From positions 179,993,741-180,057,740 of the forward strand of contig CM041465.1 in assembly GCA_023213395.1 (NCBI GenBank): DNA of 64,000 nt, given 5' to 3'. This document shows positions 38,071-52,299 of this stretch, piece by piece. The translations under genes were made by a program, and so were the position numbers. This DNA comes from Cycas panzhihuaensis (taxonomy: Eukaryota; Plantae; Cycadophyta). The notes under the pieces are model-generated. The model was not told the DNA's origin, searched no databases, and was given only the letters and a program-made list of their open reading frames with translations. Each line of letters opens with the position of its first letter. Position 1 is the first letter of the stretch.

Positions 38071-39007
38071 TCCATCCATTTTTTACTTAATTGCTTAATG
38101 AGCAATTTTATGATATATTTATTTTTATATATTTATAATGTTATTTATTATTCCCTTATCAATTTTAAAGCATATAATGGCATGAATCGATAAAACAAAG
38201 TATTAAAATATAATTCAAAGTTTTACAAATCATTAGACATGTTACCATAATTCCTTTCAATTTCATCTTAATAGCCATGTAATATGTGTAAAAATTATAG
38301 TTTCCCCTTTCTCTTTAAAATTTTACCATTTCTTAGTAATAAAAATAAATTAGTAACAAATTGAACAATCTACCTACACCAATAAGTGGAGATGTGCACC
38401 GTGCACACATAAATTGCAAATAGACAATTCAAGGATAGTATCACGGTTTAATGTAGTAATTGTCATGAAAATATGATATGAAAAGTTTTAACTTGAACAA
38501 AGAAGGGATGATGTGTTATATATTGGTCTTTATGCAAAGCATAGAGGATGATGTTGTGAGTCATTGTAGAATTATTGAATCTCTTACCATTGTCTTCTTT
38601 CCTGTGCAGTAGTTTGAATTGCCCTATTTTCTATGAATTCCTCTTTGCTTGAAAGATAAAATGTCAAATGTAATTTTGTTCTTTTTAAATTGTTGATATG
38701 TTCATTCCATTCATTGTAACTGTGGACATTTAATTCATTGAAAGCATTCCAATATCTATTAGTCACATCCACCAATTTGCGCTATGTGTCCCACTAAGTT
38801 CATTATATTTTTCTCTCTTTCTTTTTCCTTTTTAAATTAACAAAAGCAAGTGGGAGGCCTAAGTTGACACTGCCCGCTAAAGTGTCTTAAGGGCGCATAT
38901 CGACACAATAATAGTATAATAATAAACAAATGCAAAATATATAAACAAAATTAAAACATGGCCCACATAAATGACACCCCCTAAAATGACATTGCATGAA
39001 AGGCTAA

Positions 39008-39427
39008 CATTGCAGTCCCATGCGAGGGGTTGGACTGCTTATATTATGGTGCAAGGGGTTCCATGCACTATAATAAGAGCCACTCGTAAGGAAATTAAAG
39101 AATCTTCTTCAAAATACGTGTAGCGGATCCACTTATTTTAGCAGAGGCAAATAAGGGGGGGCTAGATTGAGTAATAATAGGATAATTGTACAATTTTTCA
39201 CATGGCATCTTCTTTGTTTCTCCTACCATTGTATGTGTCAAAATTGAAATAATGATTTTTAAAATTGTGGATAAAATAATTTTATTCGATCAATGCAGTA
39301 GGTAGTAACGAAAATTATATATCTAAATGGGATCGTTAGATTCTACCATGTTCTAAAAAATTTAGCACAAAAATTGTAGCGAAACTGCTACAATTTCTAT
39401 AAAGCCCCCTTGCATGGGACTGCACTA
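39008..39427. mobile_element. Tourist-like (PIF/Harbinger) MITE, 420 bp
   Basis: TIR cattgcagtcccatgcgaggggt / cccccttgcatgggactgcacta, flanked by TAA on both sides (39005-39007, 39428-39430). Confidence 0.8.
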
Positions 39428-39869
39428 TAAGAAAAGAGACATTGCAAACCAAATGGGTTTCATGGTAAGCTCATGCCTTGTTTGAGGATATTACTTTCTA
39501 CATTAACCAAAAAGGTTCAATACGCAGGTTTCAATTAATGATTGGATCTTTACAATGAAATTATTGAGGAATACTTGTATTATTAAAGCTACTTCTTCAT
39601 AAAATAATATATCACTTTTATTAAAGAATATTATTATTATTGTTGTTGTTTTTGTTATTGTTATTATTGTTATTTAGCTTATTGCATATACAAAAGAAAA
39701 TATTTGAAATCATTTTATTATTTATCTTATATATTTATATATATGGGATACCTTGTGATATAATGCACAGTATTTTTTAACACTATCATATAGATTACTC
39801 ATTGTTTCTTAGCTTCTGGGAATGATATTAACACAACGACATAGGTAGATGTTGTCGAAATTCTGCCAC

Positions 39870-42800
39870 AACAACCCTTCTACTCTTGGAATAACTTGCA
39901 TGCTTTGGGAGCTAAAGTGAAAAAGTTGGAGGTCAACCTTAGCACAAAAGAGGGAGCATTAGAGGGCTTCATCGGGCAGCCACCACTTCACATCTCTCCA
40001 CTGGATTAGGCATCCCCCCATCTAACCTTGATTTGCCATTTTGTAATACTCCCTCTTACCCTTCCTCTCCTTTCTTTGTTGTTATTTTGTTGCATAGCTA
40101 GGATTGATTAGGTTTAGTAGCTTTTCTCCATTATAATAGTAGAAGATATGATTGGATTTGCTTGGTCTTTCCTTCCCATTTTACATACACCTTTATTAAG
40201 TTGCAGGTTCATGCAGAAAGGCTCTCCTTAATACAACTAATGAAGTTGCTTTTGTAAGGGAGGCCACACCATTCTGAGGCACTTTTCCCTTCCTTGCTTC
40301 ATATTTATTTTTGTTGGTATTCCACTATTTGTCATATATACATACATACATGCTCCCTAACTATATATTAGTTAACTTTTTCATGTAATTAGATTAATTA
40401 AAAGATTGTTATAGTAGTTCTTCATTTAGATTTAATTTATAGGTACAAGAAGGAGTAATCTTCTACCATTCATATTAGGATTTGAAGAAGGTGCATCTAC
40501 AACAAGGTGAGCACCCCTTATCTTTTTCACTTGTCATTGTATAGCGCCTTGCTTCCTGTCAGATATGTTGAACACTTTACAAGTGTTACATAGGTATAAG
40601 TATTATACCCGAGCCCCTTTGTGAGTGTCCTATGGGGGTCTTTGTTAGCTCGTGGTTTATATCCATTGTAATATAAAAAACCACAAGGCGGTATCTTGTA
40701 ATGCTGTATCTACATATTCTTATGTAATAGAATATATAATATGGTTATGGATGAGTCTTTAATAACTTGATAAGAAGAGTTAGGATTTATTCATCTATGT
40801 AATGCTTTTGTTATTGGTCAGATTAATAAAAGGTCTATGCTTAGACTTGAATCTCCTAGTATTCTTTATTGAGTGCTTGGCTTATTTATACTATTTGTTC
40901 TTTGCATGGTTTAAAGTTCTATTATCACATTGCTTCTATAGTTATATTTTCATTTCATTTGGTATCAGAGCCATATTTTAGTTTTATAGGAAGTTGTTTG
41001 GTAAATGGGAGCATTGTTCAATGAACTTGAGTGTGAAGATTATGATAAGAACTACAAAGATGGAGACTCAAAAGTTCAATGGCTAGAACTTTGAGTTGTA
41101 GAAGCTAAGATGGAAGATATCCTCGGTGAGAAAGATCGATGGATCATTGTAGTAGGAGCAAAGCCTACGACTATGGGTGATGAAGATTAGAAGAAGCTTG
41201 ATCGAAAAGTAATTAGTTTGAAAAGGTTATGCCTTTTAGGTATAGTGTTGTTGAATGTTGCCATAGAGTCTATGGCCAAAGATCTATGAAAAAAGATAGA
41301 GGCTTTGTATCAAACTAAGTCCTTGGTTAATAAGTTATTTCTTTAGAAAAAGTTATATTCACTCAGGATGAGTAATGGAGATACAATTGTAGATCATCAC
41401 ACTCCATTTAACACTATGGTGAGCCAGCTTATTTTAGTTAGGCAATAATGTCTAAAGAAGATAGGTGTATTACCCTATTATGTTTACTTCCTAATTCCTA
41501 GGATAATCTTGTAATGACAATTAGTAGTCTTTGCTTCTACCTTGAAATTTGATAATGTTATTACTTCTCTCTTGTCGGAAGAGACAAAGTGAAAATTTTC
41601 TTAGGATCATTCAAAAGAAGTATTAGCGGTGAGAGGCGAACTTTAGATTGTGACCAACAGAGACCTAGGAGCAGACGACTAAAATGCAAAGGAAAATCTA
41701 AATCTCCGTGAGAGGCCCTTTGGTATCTTTGGAGATGTAAGAAGGCAGCCATATGAAGAGCGATCTAAGTCAAGGTTAACAAGGGAAAGTCACCTAAAGT
41801 TATTTCTTCCATGGTAGCAAAAGCCTCTGATTGAACTAATGACGATGTTTATTTAGCAACCTCAAGTAAGTTGTCAAATGTTGAGTCTTGGTTAATTGAC
41901 TTTGATACTTCGCTTCATATTACTCCCCATAGGGATTGATTTTATAAATACATAAGTATTGATGGAGGTGAAGTATTTATTGGGGATCATTACCCATATA
42001 AAATTGTGGGTCATGGAAGAGTGAAGGTTCAATTTGGGGATGGAAGTATTAAAATTATCCTTGATATAGGTCATAATCCTAGTTTGACTATGAGTCTATT
42101 GTCTGTCATTCAATTGGGTGATGTAGGAATATAAGTGATTTTTAATAAAATAGTTATAGAATAGTTTGAGGAGAATTGGTATTAATAAGAGGGGTCTAAT
42201 TTAGAACACTATATATGCTTGATACAAGTACAATGTGTGTTGGTAGTTATAGTTCAATTATTACGTAGTAGTAATAATGAAGGTAGGACTCAAATATCAC
42301 TTGCTAGTAAAACTATGCTATGGCATTAAAGATTGGGCCATATTGGAGAGAAATGCCTCTATGATTTATTCTCCAAAGGCATGGCAGAAGACATCTCTGG
42401 AATTAATGGCTCCTTTGATTTTGATTTTTGTGAGCATTATGTGTATGGCAAAATGTAATCGGGTTATAACAGTTGCTTATGACCTTTAGGTAGATCAAAT
42501 GGATGTGAAGATTGCATTTCTTTATGGTGACCTTCGGGAGGAAACTTATATGTTGCATCTTAAAGGGTTTAAAGTTGTAGGGAAAGAGAATTTGGTATGC
42601 TAGTTGAAGAAGTCATTATACAACTTGAAACAATTACCAAGGACATGGTATCATAAGTTTGATTCACACATGTTGGCAGATGGTTTTGTGTGTAGAAAAG
42701 TAGATCATTAAATTTATTATAAGTAAGTTGGTGATCATTTTGTTATTCTAGCTTTATATGTTGATGACATCTTTTTAGTTGGTAAGAATAAAGAAATGAA

Positions 42801-45800
42801 TCAACTTGTGAAAGGCCAACTGGCATCTCATTTTGAGATGAAGGATCTTAGTGTTGCATATTTTATTTTGGGTATTAATATTAAAAGGGATAGGAGAAAT
42901 AGAAAGATTTGGCTTACCCAAAGATGGTACATTGAGACAATATTACAATAGTTCAAGTTACATGATAATAAAACAGTTAATGTTCCTCTTCTTGTTAGTT
43001 TAAAATTATCAGCTGAATAATACTCAAAGACTTACCATGAAGTTAAAGATATGGTACTTGTCCCTTATGCTAGTGTTGTTGGTATCCTATTGTATGTAAT
43101 GGTTTACATTTGACCAAACATTACTTATGTAGTAGGAGTAGTTAGTAGGTATATTTCAAACCCAAGCAGGGAGCATTGGGTGGCTATGAAAATGATATTT
43201 AGGTATCTGCAAGGTACATCAGACTATGGAATTTGCTATCAAGGAGATCCCATAGAAAGTATAATAGTGAACCTAAGAGATTTTGTTGATGCTAATTGGG
43301 CTAGAGATCTTGACAATAGAAGATCTACAAGCAAGTATGTTTTTACCCTTTATGGTGGCACACTCAGTTGGAAAAGTAAAAGACAATAAGTTGTGGTACC
43401 TTTTAACATAAAAGTATAGTATATGATAGCTACTCATGTGTGTAAGGAAGTAGTTTGGGTACATAGATTATGCACAAATACTAGATTTAAGAAGGATCTT
43501 TGAAAGATAGATTGTGATAGTCAAAGTGCAATCTACCTAGCAAAGAATCCCATTTTTCATGCTCAGTTGAATCATATTGATGTGTAATTCCATTTTGTGA
43601 GAGAAATAGTTCAAGATCACAAGGTGGATTTGTAGAAGATTACTACAAAAGAGAATGCTGAAGACTCATTGACTAAGACTATTATCACAGAAAATTTTAG
43701 ATGGTGTAGAAATACAATGGGTATTTGTGTTTTTAGTATTAAGTAGTTATCTGTGCAGATTTCTTGTAAAGTGTTCTACAAGTGAGAGATTGTTATATAT
43801 GTTGAACACTTTGTAAGTGTTACATGGGTATAGGCATTACACCCAAGTCCCTTTGTATGTGTCTTATGAGGGTCTTTGTCAACCTGTGGTTTATGCCCAT
43901 TGTATTATAAAACCACAATGCAGTATCTTGTAATGTTGTGTTTATATATTCTTATGTAACAACACATGTAATATGGTTGTAGATGAGTTTTTGATGAGTC
44001 AATGAGAAGAATTGGGGTTTATTCATCTTTGTAATTATTTAGCTGTTGCTTAGATTAATAAAAGGTCTATGCTTAGACCTGAATCTCCTGGTGTTCTTTA
44101 TTGAGTGCTCGACTTGTTTATGTTATTTGTTCTTTGCATAGTTTAAAATTTTATTATACATTGCTTCTACAGTTATATTTTCTCTTCACTTTCTTCTTTT
44201 ATTACTTTTAATTTATTATCTTTCTATTTAGGGTGAGTAAATAGAGCCCCCTTCATTCCACTTCAACCAACAATGCAAGCGTAAGAAATAAGAACGAAGA
44301 GAGCTGAGGAGGAGTGGCATCACTAGCTACTTACTAAACCCGAGTGCACTTTTTTTCCTCTTCTCTTTCCTTATTTTATATTCTTGTTATTATTCTCACT
44401 TTACTCCCTATTATAAGAATTCCTTCCCCCTTATTATTTATTCTTTTTTAGTTATATTATCATTGAAAATGGGAAATAAGAAAGTATGGGAGGGTTTCTT
44501 ATATAATAGAAAATAAAGGAAAATCAATTTCTAAGAAAGGAAATATGTTTTCTTTCCTTTTTATTCTAGCAAAAGGAATATTGAAAGCAAGAGGATATTG
44601 GGCTAGGGTTGTATGTAGGAAAGGAGCATTCATCTTTCCCTCTTATTGTTTCCCCTTGATTGAAGCCATTTTCCTTTCCTTCAATTGACATACATGTTTC
44701 CTTTTAGAAAAGAGAAAAGAGAGTGTTGAGGGAAAAGATAGTGAGGTTTCTTTACTTGTTTCATACTTCTCTTTTATTTCATTTTTGTTCTTGTTCAAAT
44801 GACACTACAACGAAACCCAACCATACCCCTTTTACCCTACCAAGTAGGTTTATACCTATTTTATCCCTTCACCCTCTCTCTCTCTCTCTTTCTCCCCTTT
44901 TATTTACCAGGTTGGCCCCTTACTAAGAGAGTTTACCTAATCATGATCCTTTCCTCCAAAACCCTAAGCAAAAGGAGAGGGATCATGCCCATGAATCTGC
45001 ATACCCAAGGTGCATGAGCGTCCCATGTAGGCCACCCAAGACTCTATTACGTCCTATACTAAGTACCCATACCTTAGGTCAAGCTTTCTGTAGTGTTTTT
45101 TATCTTAAGTACTCTCAACAGGAGCAAATCTTACTGGTGGATATACCAAGGAATGTCAATTAGATTGCTTTAGGTTTCCTTTAGCTTTCTTGCACACCCT
45201 TTTCTCTTGCATAGGGCTTGTAAGGTTTGTTCTTTTAGACTTCTTATTTATTACTTCTTTTCCTTCTTAATTCTCTCTACTTCCTTACACGGAGTGGTTC
45301 ACTTACGAATATGACATTTCTCCTATCGCTTGTGTGGTTTACCTTCTATTGAAGTAGAGTCCCTTTATTCTTATATTCCTTCATCTAAGAGTCACCAATG
45401 GAGGGGTATCCTTCCAATTGGGCTAATGACGCTTATGCTTTAGATTGGCCTCATCCCGAGGTCTCCTCCTCTTAACAAGATCCTATCCAAATTAGTAGAG
45501 ATCTTATGTATTATCATACTAAATCAGTTGAAGGTTATCAAGACCTTCAACCACTCCCTATGCATGTCATAGGGAATTTTAGTCAAGGGACCCTACTACA
45601 TGGTCTAAAGGGGCCCTAGATAAGTTTCTACCTCTTACTTTCTACATGCCCTAGATAGTTTCTACATGCCCTAGATAAGTTGCTAGCTCCTACAACCCTT
45701 CTACTCTTTGAATAATTTGCATACTTTGGGAGCTAAGATGAAGAAGTTGGAGGTCAACCCTAGCGTAAATAAGGGAGCATTGGAGGGATATACATTGGGT

Positions 45801-47815
45801 GACCATTTCTTCACATCTCTTCATTGGATTGGGTATCCACCATACCACCTTGATTTGCCATTTTGTGAGACTCCCTCTCATTCTTCCTCTTCTTACTTTG
45901 TTGTTATTTTGGTTACATTGCTAGAGTTATTTGGGTTTGGTAACTTTTCTCCTTTCATTACAATAGCAAAAGATAAGGTTGGATTTGCTTGGTCTTTCCT
46001 TCCCTTTTTGTATACATTGTTTATTGAATTATAGGTTCATGTGGAGAGGCTCTCTTTAGTGCAACTGAGGAAGTCGCTTTTGTAGGGGAGGCCACATCAT
46101 TTTGAGGCATTTTTCTCTTCCTTCCTTTATATTTATTTTTGTTGCCATTCCAACATTTGTTGTATGTACACATATACATGCTTCCTAACTATGCATCGAT
46201 TAAGTTTTTTCATGCAATTAGATTAATTAAAAGATTGTTAGGGCAACTCTTCCTTTAGATCAAATTTGCAGATATGGGAAGGAGCAATGCTTTACCATTC
46301 ATATTTGGGTTTGAAGAAAGTGCAACCACAACAAAGTGAGCATCCCCTATCTTTTGCACTTATCATTGTACTACCCCTTTACTTCCTCATTTCATTACTT
46401 TTATTTAGTGTCTTTCCATTTAAGATGGGTAAGTGGAGCCCCCTCCATTCCACTTCAAATGACAACGTAAGCATTGGAAAGGAGGGCGAAGAGAGGCAAG
46501 GAGGAGCAACATCACCATCCATCTACTAAACCTGGGTGCATCTCTCTTCCTCTTCTTTTTTCTTATTTTACATTCTTATTATTATTCTCACTTTACTCTC
46601 TATTGTAATAATTCCTCCCCCCTTATTGTTTATTCTTTTTAGTTGTATTATCATTGAAAATGGGAAGCAAAGAAGTAGGGGAGAGTTTCTTACATAACAA
46701 AAAATAAAGGGAAATTAATTTCTAAGAAAGGAAATGGGTTTTCTTTCCCTTTGGCTCTAGCAAAAGAAATATTGAAAGAATGAGGATATTAGGCTAGGGT
46801 TACATGTAGGAATAGAGCATTCACGTTTCTCCTTCTTTATTCCCCCCTTAATTAAAGCCATTTTTCTTTCGCTCAATTAACATAGATGTTTCTTTTTAGA
46901 AAAGAGAGAAGAGAGTGTTGAAGGAAAAAAGAGTAAATTTTTTTACTTATTTTGCATCTTTCTTTTATTTATTTTTTGTTCTTATTCAAACAACACTACA
47001 GCAAAAACCAACCATTGCCCCTTTTGCCCTACCAAATGGGCTTGTGCCTATTTTATCCCTTTATCCTCTCTCTCTCTTTCTCTAATTGTATTTACCATGT
47101 TGGACCCTTACTAAGGGAGTTTAACCAATTGTGCCCTTTCCTCCAAAACCCTATGCAAATGGAGAGGGACCACGATCGTGCATTCTCCAATCCACACCCC
47201 CAAGGTGCATGAGCACCTTATGTGGGCCGCCCAAGTCTCCATTACATCTCATACTAGGTCCCCATATTCTAAGTCTAGCTTTCCGCAATGTTTATTATCT
47301 TAGGTACCCCTAGTAGGAGCAAATCTCACTAATGACCATATTAGGAAATGCCTATTAGAATGCTTTAGGTTTTCTTTTGCTTTCTTGTGTACCCTTTCCC
47401 TTGCATAGGGTTTGCTAGGGTATCTTTCTTTTAGACTTCTTATTTATTAGTTCTTTTCCTTCTTGATTCTCTCTACTTCCTTATGTGGAGTGGTTCACCT
47501 ATGGATGTGATGTTTCTCACATCATTTACATGCTTTACCTCACATTGAAGTAGAGGCCCTTTATTCTCATGTTCTTTCATCTGACCATGAATTACCAATG
47601 GAGGGGTATCCTTCTAATTGGGCCAATGACCCTTATGCTTTGGATTGGCCTCATCCCAAGGTCTTCTCGTCTCAACAACATCTCGCCCAAATTAGTGAAG
47701 GTCCTACATATTATCATACCAAATTGGTTGAAGGTTATCAAGACCCTCAATCGCTCCTTATGCATATCATAGGGAATTTTCAATCAAGGGACCCTGCTCC
47801 ATGCTCTGAAGGGGT
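39870..47815 (+). repeat. Tandem duplication of a ~2.1-kb Tat-like 5' region and gag start; unit 1 (39870-40556 plus 44189-45620) is split by Copia D, unit 2 is 45690-47815
   Basis: Colinear matches throughout, e.g. acaacccttctactctt, catcattgaaaatgggaa-type motif, caatggaggggtatccttc and gaaggttatcaagacc. Confidence 0.9.
40557..44188 (+). mobile_element. Copia D: Tnt1/Tork-like element of the same family as Copia C, with integrase deleted
   Basis: ~400-bp LTRs at 40557-40957 and 43791-44188; TSD cttcc/ctttc; PBS tggtatcagagcca 40960-40973; PPT agtgagaga; pre-integrase CEHYVYGK joined directly to RT QMDVKIAFLYGDL near 42460-42500. Confidence 0.95.
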
Positions 47816-50700
47816 CCCCCCATCTTATCTGTCATGTTTTAGTCATAAAGAAGAAGTTTCTATCTCCTATGACCATTCTTATCCTTCTTATGGGGATGTA
47901 GTTGAAGCCATATAAGAATGTTTTAAATTTGTAACTACGCAACCACTCCTTAAGTGGTTGCATAGGTTCCTTCAAACTTTAGCTCCCCCATCTTCCATCG
48001 TCCCCCCTCCTTCATTCTTTTCTTACACTTCCTCTACCCTATAGGAAACTATTTTAGAAGGGCATGTTTCTACATGCATATCTCCTAGCCATCTAGTTAC
48101 TTCATGTATACAAACCCCTTAAGCAGGGGTGGATATGCCTTCACTCCCAACTAACAAGCCCCAACCTATTACTATGGCAACCTATCCTTTTCTTTTAATG
48201 GTACCCTTACCCCTATGCTATGCAAGACATGGGGGCATGACTTCCATCCATCCGAGGCCACAAACTATAGATTTGTCATTCTATGTTCCACTAGGTTATA
48301 CATCTCAACCCTCGGGGCATGGGGGATTATACCCCCTTCTTATATATAGGGTTAATCCCATTCATCCTTATGGGGTTGCCTCTCCCCTTGGGGATCAATA
48401 TAGGAAAAATCCCATTCTCCATCCTCTATTCTATCAACCTTGCTCTATGCCTTACATAAGTACTTCTTCACATGTCTACCCATCCGCCACCGTGAGAGTG
48501 TGTCCTTAACCCTCACATTCTCATGCGACTCATCCCTAAGGTGTAGAAAGACCCTCTTCCTCACCTCCTTATCTGATGATTTCCTAATTGGGGGTCATAT
48601 ATTCTTATTTATCTAGAGGGGTAACCTTCCCTCCTTCTCCTCACACCCCTTACCAATAAGGGGGTCCTCCTTATGATGCCACCCCTTACTCATCAAGCAT
48701 TGAGGGTGGGCATCCTTATATTGCATCCCCTTATTTCTAAGTAGACCCGTTTGTCTAACAAAGGACCTATCCCTTTATTGATTATCGATTGACCCCATCA
48801 TCCATTGAGGTGCTAAGGACCAACTTACTACCTCATCATTCCAAAGTTCCTAACTTTGATGGTACCTCTTCCCATGACCCAATTGAGCATGTCAAGGCAT
48901 TCGTTATGGCATGTATAGACTATTAGACCTATGACCATATTCTAATGAAACTTTTTCCTAGATCCCTCTAGGGAGATGCCCTCAAATGGTTCTATCATCT
49001 CCCTGCTCACTCCATCTCAACCTTCTAGTAGTTAGTTGATAAATTTCTCAACTATTTCAATATTGCCTAGCCTTTTAAGAGTGGAGTTAAAGCCCCATTC
49101 TCACTTAAACAAGGCCCTGAGGAATTGAACCATCATTTCGTGCAATGGTTATATGATCTCATTCATTCTTTTAAGGCCATGTTATCTAAAGAATTGAAGT
49201 TGGATCTCTTTATTAATGCATTGTGCCTTAAAGTGCATGTTGAGGTCCTTAAACTGGGAGCCACCTCTTGTGATTCTACCATAACTAAATGCTTAGCATT
49301 GGAAGCTATTAAGATCTAGGTTGGTCTCAAGAAGTTTCCAAAGTAATCACAATATCGTGAGGCACCCTCTTCTTCATGTGACCAAAAGGGACAACAACCC
49401 ACTTCTAGGCCTCCTAGCAACACCATCGATAAGACCTTAGATCCTCTTACATCTTCCATCGCTACTTTCATTGAATGGTTAAAGATCTTAAGTTACATCC
49501 AACTCAGGCTTCTCTTAAGTCATAATGCCTCATATATGAAACCTCCAAGACTTCCTCATTTACATGTGCTAATACTATTTCTCAAAGCAAGGGGACATGA
49601 ACCCCCCTCTTCAAAAAGAAGTTGTATTCCATTCATGGGGAGTGTTTCCATAATGACTTGTAGTGTTGGAGGCAATACCCTAAACTTGCCCCATCTCGTG
49701 ACCCTTCCTCATAGGGTACTTCCAAGCCAAACTCAAAGCAACCTATTCATCGTAGCCCATTCTCTAGCCATAAGGAATGAGATAACACTTCTTAAAATAG
49801 GAGAGTGAGGAATAAGAGGCAAACTTCCCTCAAAATAGGAGAGTGAGGAATAGGAGGTGAACTCCTCCTCCTTCATTAGATCAGGCTAAGGGCAAGGCCC
49901 CTATCGATGCCTCTCTTTCCCTAGCCCTACAACTCAACATCCCTCCTCTTCTAGCTCTAAGAACAAAGAGAGGAAGATCATCTAATTTCTTGAGACTACC
50001 CCCATATACTCAGTCATGCAATCTCAAGCTTCCAAAGAGGTTGGAAAAGCCTAATCTTCTCAGTAGTAATTTCCTAAAGATACTCCTCTAACGAAGATTC
50101 TTATAGTCCCAAAGAATATTCCCATACACCCTAGGTGTTATAATTTCTGGAGGGCTCTTCCCTAGCCCAAGGGAAAGGTAAGATCTTCTTTATTATTGAA
50201 GAGTTATGCTCAGTTTTCATAGGAATATCCATGATGGATGTCTTGCAGAGTTACCCCGAGCAATACATTCTTTTTCTTAAAGCTCTTGATCAACAAGATG
50301 CCCCTATTCACACTATAGGCACTACCTCCTATGGACCTCCTACCATCTCATTTGACCCTCTAAATCTCCCAACCCCTAATGGGAATGCTTTTGGCACTAC
50401 CTATTCTCTATCACCATTGACACTGCTTTTACCCTGAAGAGGATCACATAGATAACAATTCCTCGATCAATGCCATGCTTATACCAATGATAGAAGCTAG
50501 GCATAGGGGCTATTGAGCTCGATCCCTAGAAATGCCAAGGGTATGATGGAAGTGAGAAGTTCCCCTTAGACAATGACCCTCCCACTCATCTTAGAAGGGA
50601 AGACCATTCAAGAAGATATTATTGTTCTTAATATTGACATCAATTACAACCTTTTATTAGGTCAACTATGGCTTTATTAAATAGGAGCTTCCTATGAGCT
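47598..50700 (+). pseudogene. Tat/Ogre-like Gypsy gag (Pro-rich N-terminus) and aspartic protease, decayed
   Basis: VPNFDGTSSHDPIEHVKAF...LMKLFPRSL*GDALKWFYHLPAHSISTF (gag core ~48840-49060); IDNNSSINAM protease site at ~50450; NYNLLLGQLW. Confidence 0.85.
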
Positions 50701-51354
50701 TCCTCATTCTCGCTCATCTCCTCCTACTTGTCATGCTATCTTTGATGCCGAGATAGTGATCTTGACAAGCCTTTTCCCTCACCGGGATCTTTTTTAGGGG
50801 TCCAATCCTTACCGTGACGAGCCACCATCTCAACTTGAACCTAGTCTAATTAGGGTTTCCTATTGGTGTAGGTAGCTACAACTACACCGGCCATCATACG
50901 TGACCTTAAGTGGGACATCGATGGCCATGAGTCCTCTTTAGGATATATCACTCTTATTTCCCATACACCTAGGGAAACATCTTATAAGGATCCTTCCTCT
51001 ATTTTTGGTCCTCCTTTAAGGACCCTTGACCGTCCTTCTAGAACACCAAGTTTAAGTCGGCACCCACCTTTACATTCTACCCGAGACACTACATGAAGGC
51101 ATACCCACTAATGCATTACTCGTGTATACCACTTTCATGTAGCCTAAGCCCTCGTTAAGTGCTAAGGTCTACCGACCAATTCCCCACTTCATAATGAGAT
51201 CCATTGCATGTCGTCCCTCACATCCCACGCCTAGCAATCTAGTTCTGACCGAGTCCCTTCTACTCATGATTTTGATTATGAATCCAAGCCACCATCACCC
51301 TATATTGGGCCTTCCTTTTATGTTGTTTCCATACCGCTTCTACCCATAACTCGA

Positions 51355-51770
51355 TGGTTCACTTTGGATTATCCATATCGATGGGGGTAGTCACGGGAAT
51401 CCCTGTGCCATTCATCGCTATTCGGTTTATTCAAGATTGCCATGGGCATACCCTCATGTGATTTAGAATGTCTTTGCCTAATGCCACTAACAATGAAGTA
51501 GAGTATATCATCATTATAGAGGTACTGACAAATGCACTTTGTTTCCATCGTAGTCCCCTCACCTTGTATTATGACTCTAAAATAGTTATATCTCACCACA
51601 CAAATTTATTATATTCACTTTCCACATTTAAGGTTCCTAGCCACAACAAATTAGGGCCCTTTTAGCTAGGTTCATCAGAGACATTTGTTATACTCCATGT
51701 GAACTTAATACTAAAGATGATAACCTGGTCAATTTCATCTTGGAACGTTATTTGATATTTATGAATGGCT
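51355..51770 (+). pseudogene. Additional (archaeal-type) RNase H domain typical of Tat-lineage Gypsy elements
   Basis: ATNNEVEYIIIIEVL...LTLYYDSKIVI corresponds to the TNNxAEY...DSxLV aRH motifs. Confidence 0.75.
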
Positions 51771-52299
51771 CTCTCCCTATCCAACATGCCCCTATTGAGG
51801 TTCATATCTATGGGGATAATCCCCCTAGCCTCACCTCTAAGGGGCACTCACCCACGAGGTGAAACCATCTGTGATAACCTATGGGTTCATATACCCCTTT
51901 CTTTTAAAAGTTACAACATGCTAATGAAGGTTCCTCCCACTACAAAATAAGCCCAAAACTACCCATCATAATTTTCACTCCCTATCATGTAATACCATTT
52001 CATATGGGTTATATATGGACTTAATATGTGAGCCAAAGTGCCATATACTAAGTTAAAAGAAGTATCAACATAAGCAAGGAATAAACATATATACAACACA
52101 CAAATGGTAGAATATGCAACAAGTCTATAAATAATAATATGCAAGGCACCAATTAGTCCTTGTATCCAGATATATGTGTAATAGTAATATACATATGTAG
52201 TGTTAGTGCAATATTCTCTAGAAGTCGGAATCCTTACAAGGGTATATAATCACCTATCGTGATATGCATAACATATATACCTGAAGGTCCATGCTTTCT

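Noticed and set aside
37557-38105. Short ORFs (63-93 aa) overlapping the CpG island
   Set aside because: No recognisable domain; mutually overlapping on both strands, consistent with chance
49795-49865. Tandem ~38-bp duplication in Tat-like gag
   Set aside because: Ordinary slippage in a dead element; the second family copy does not show a matching clean duplication
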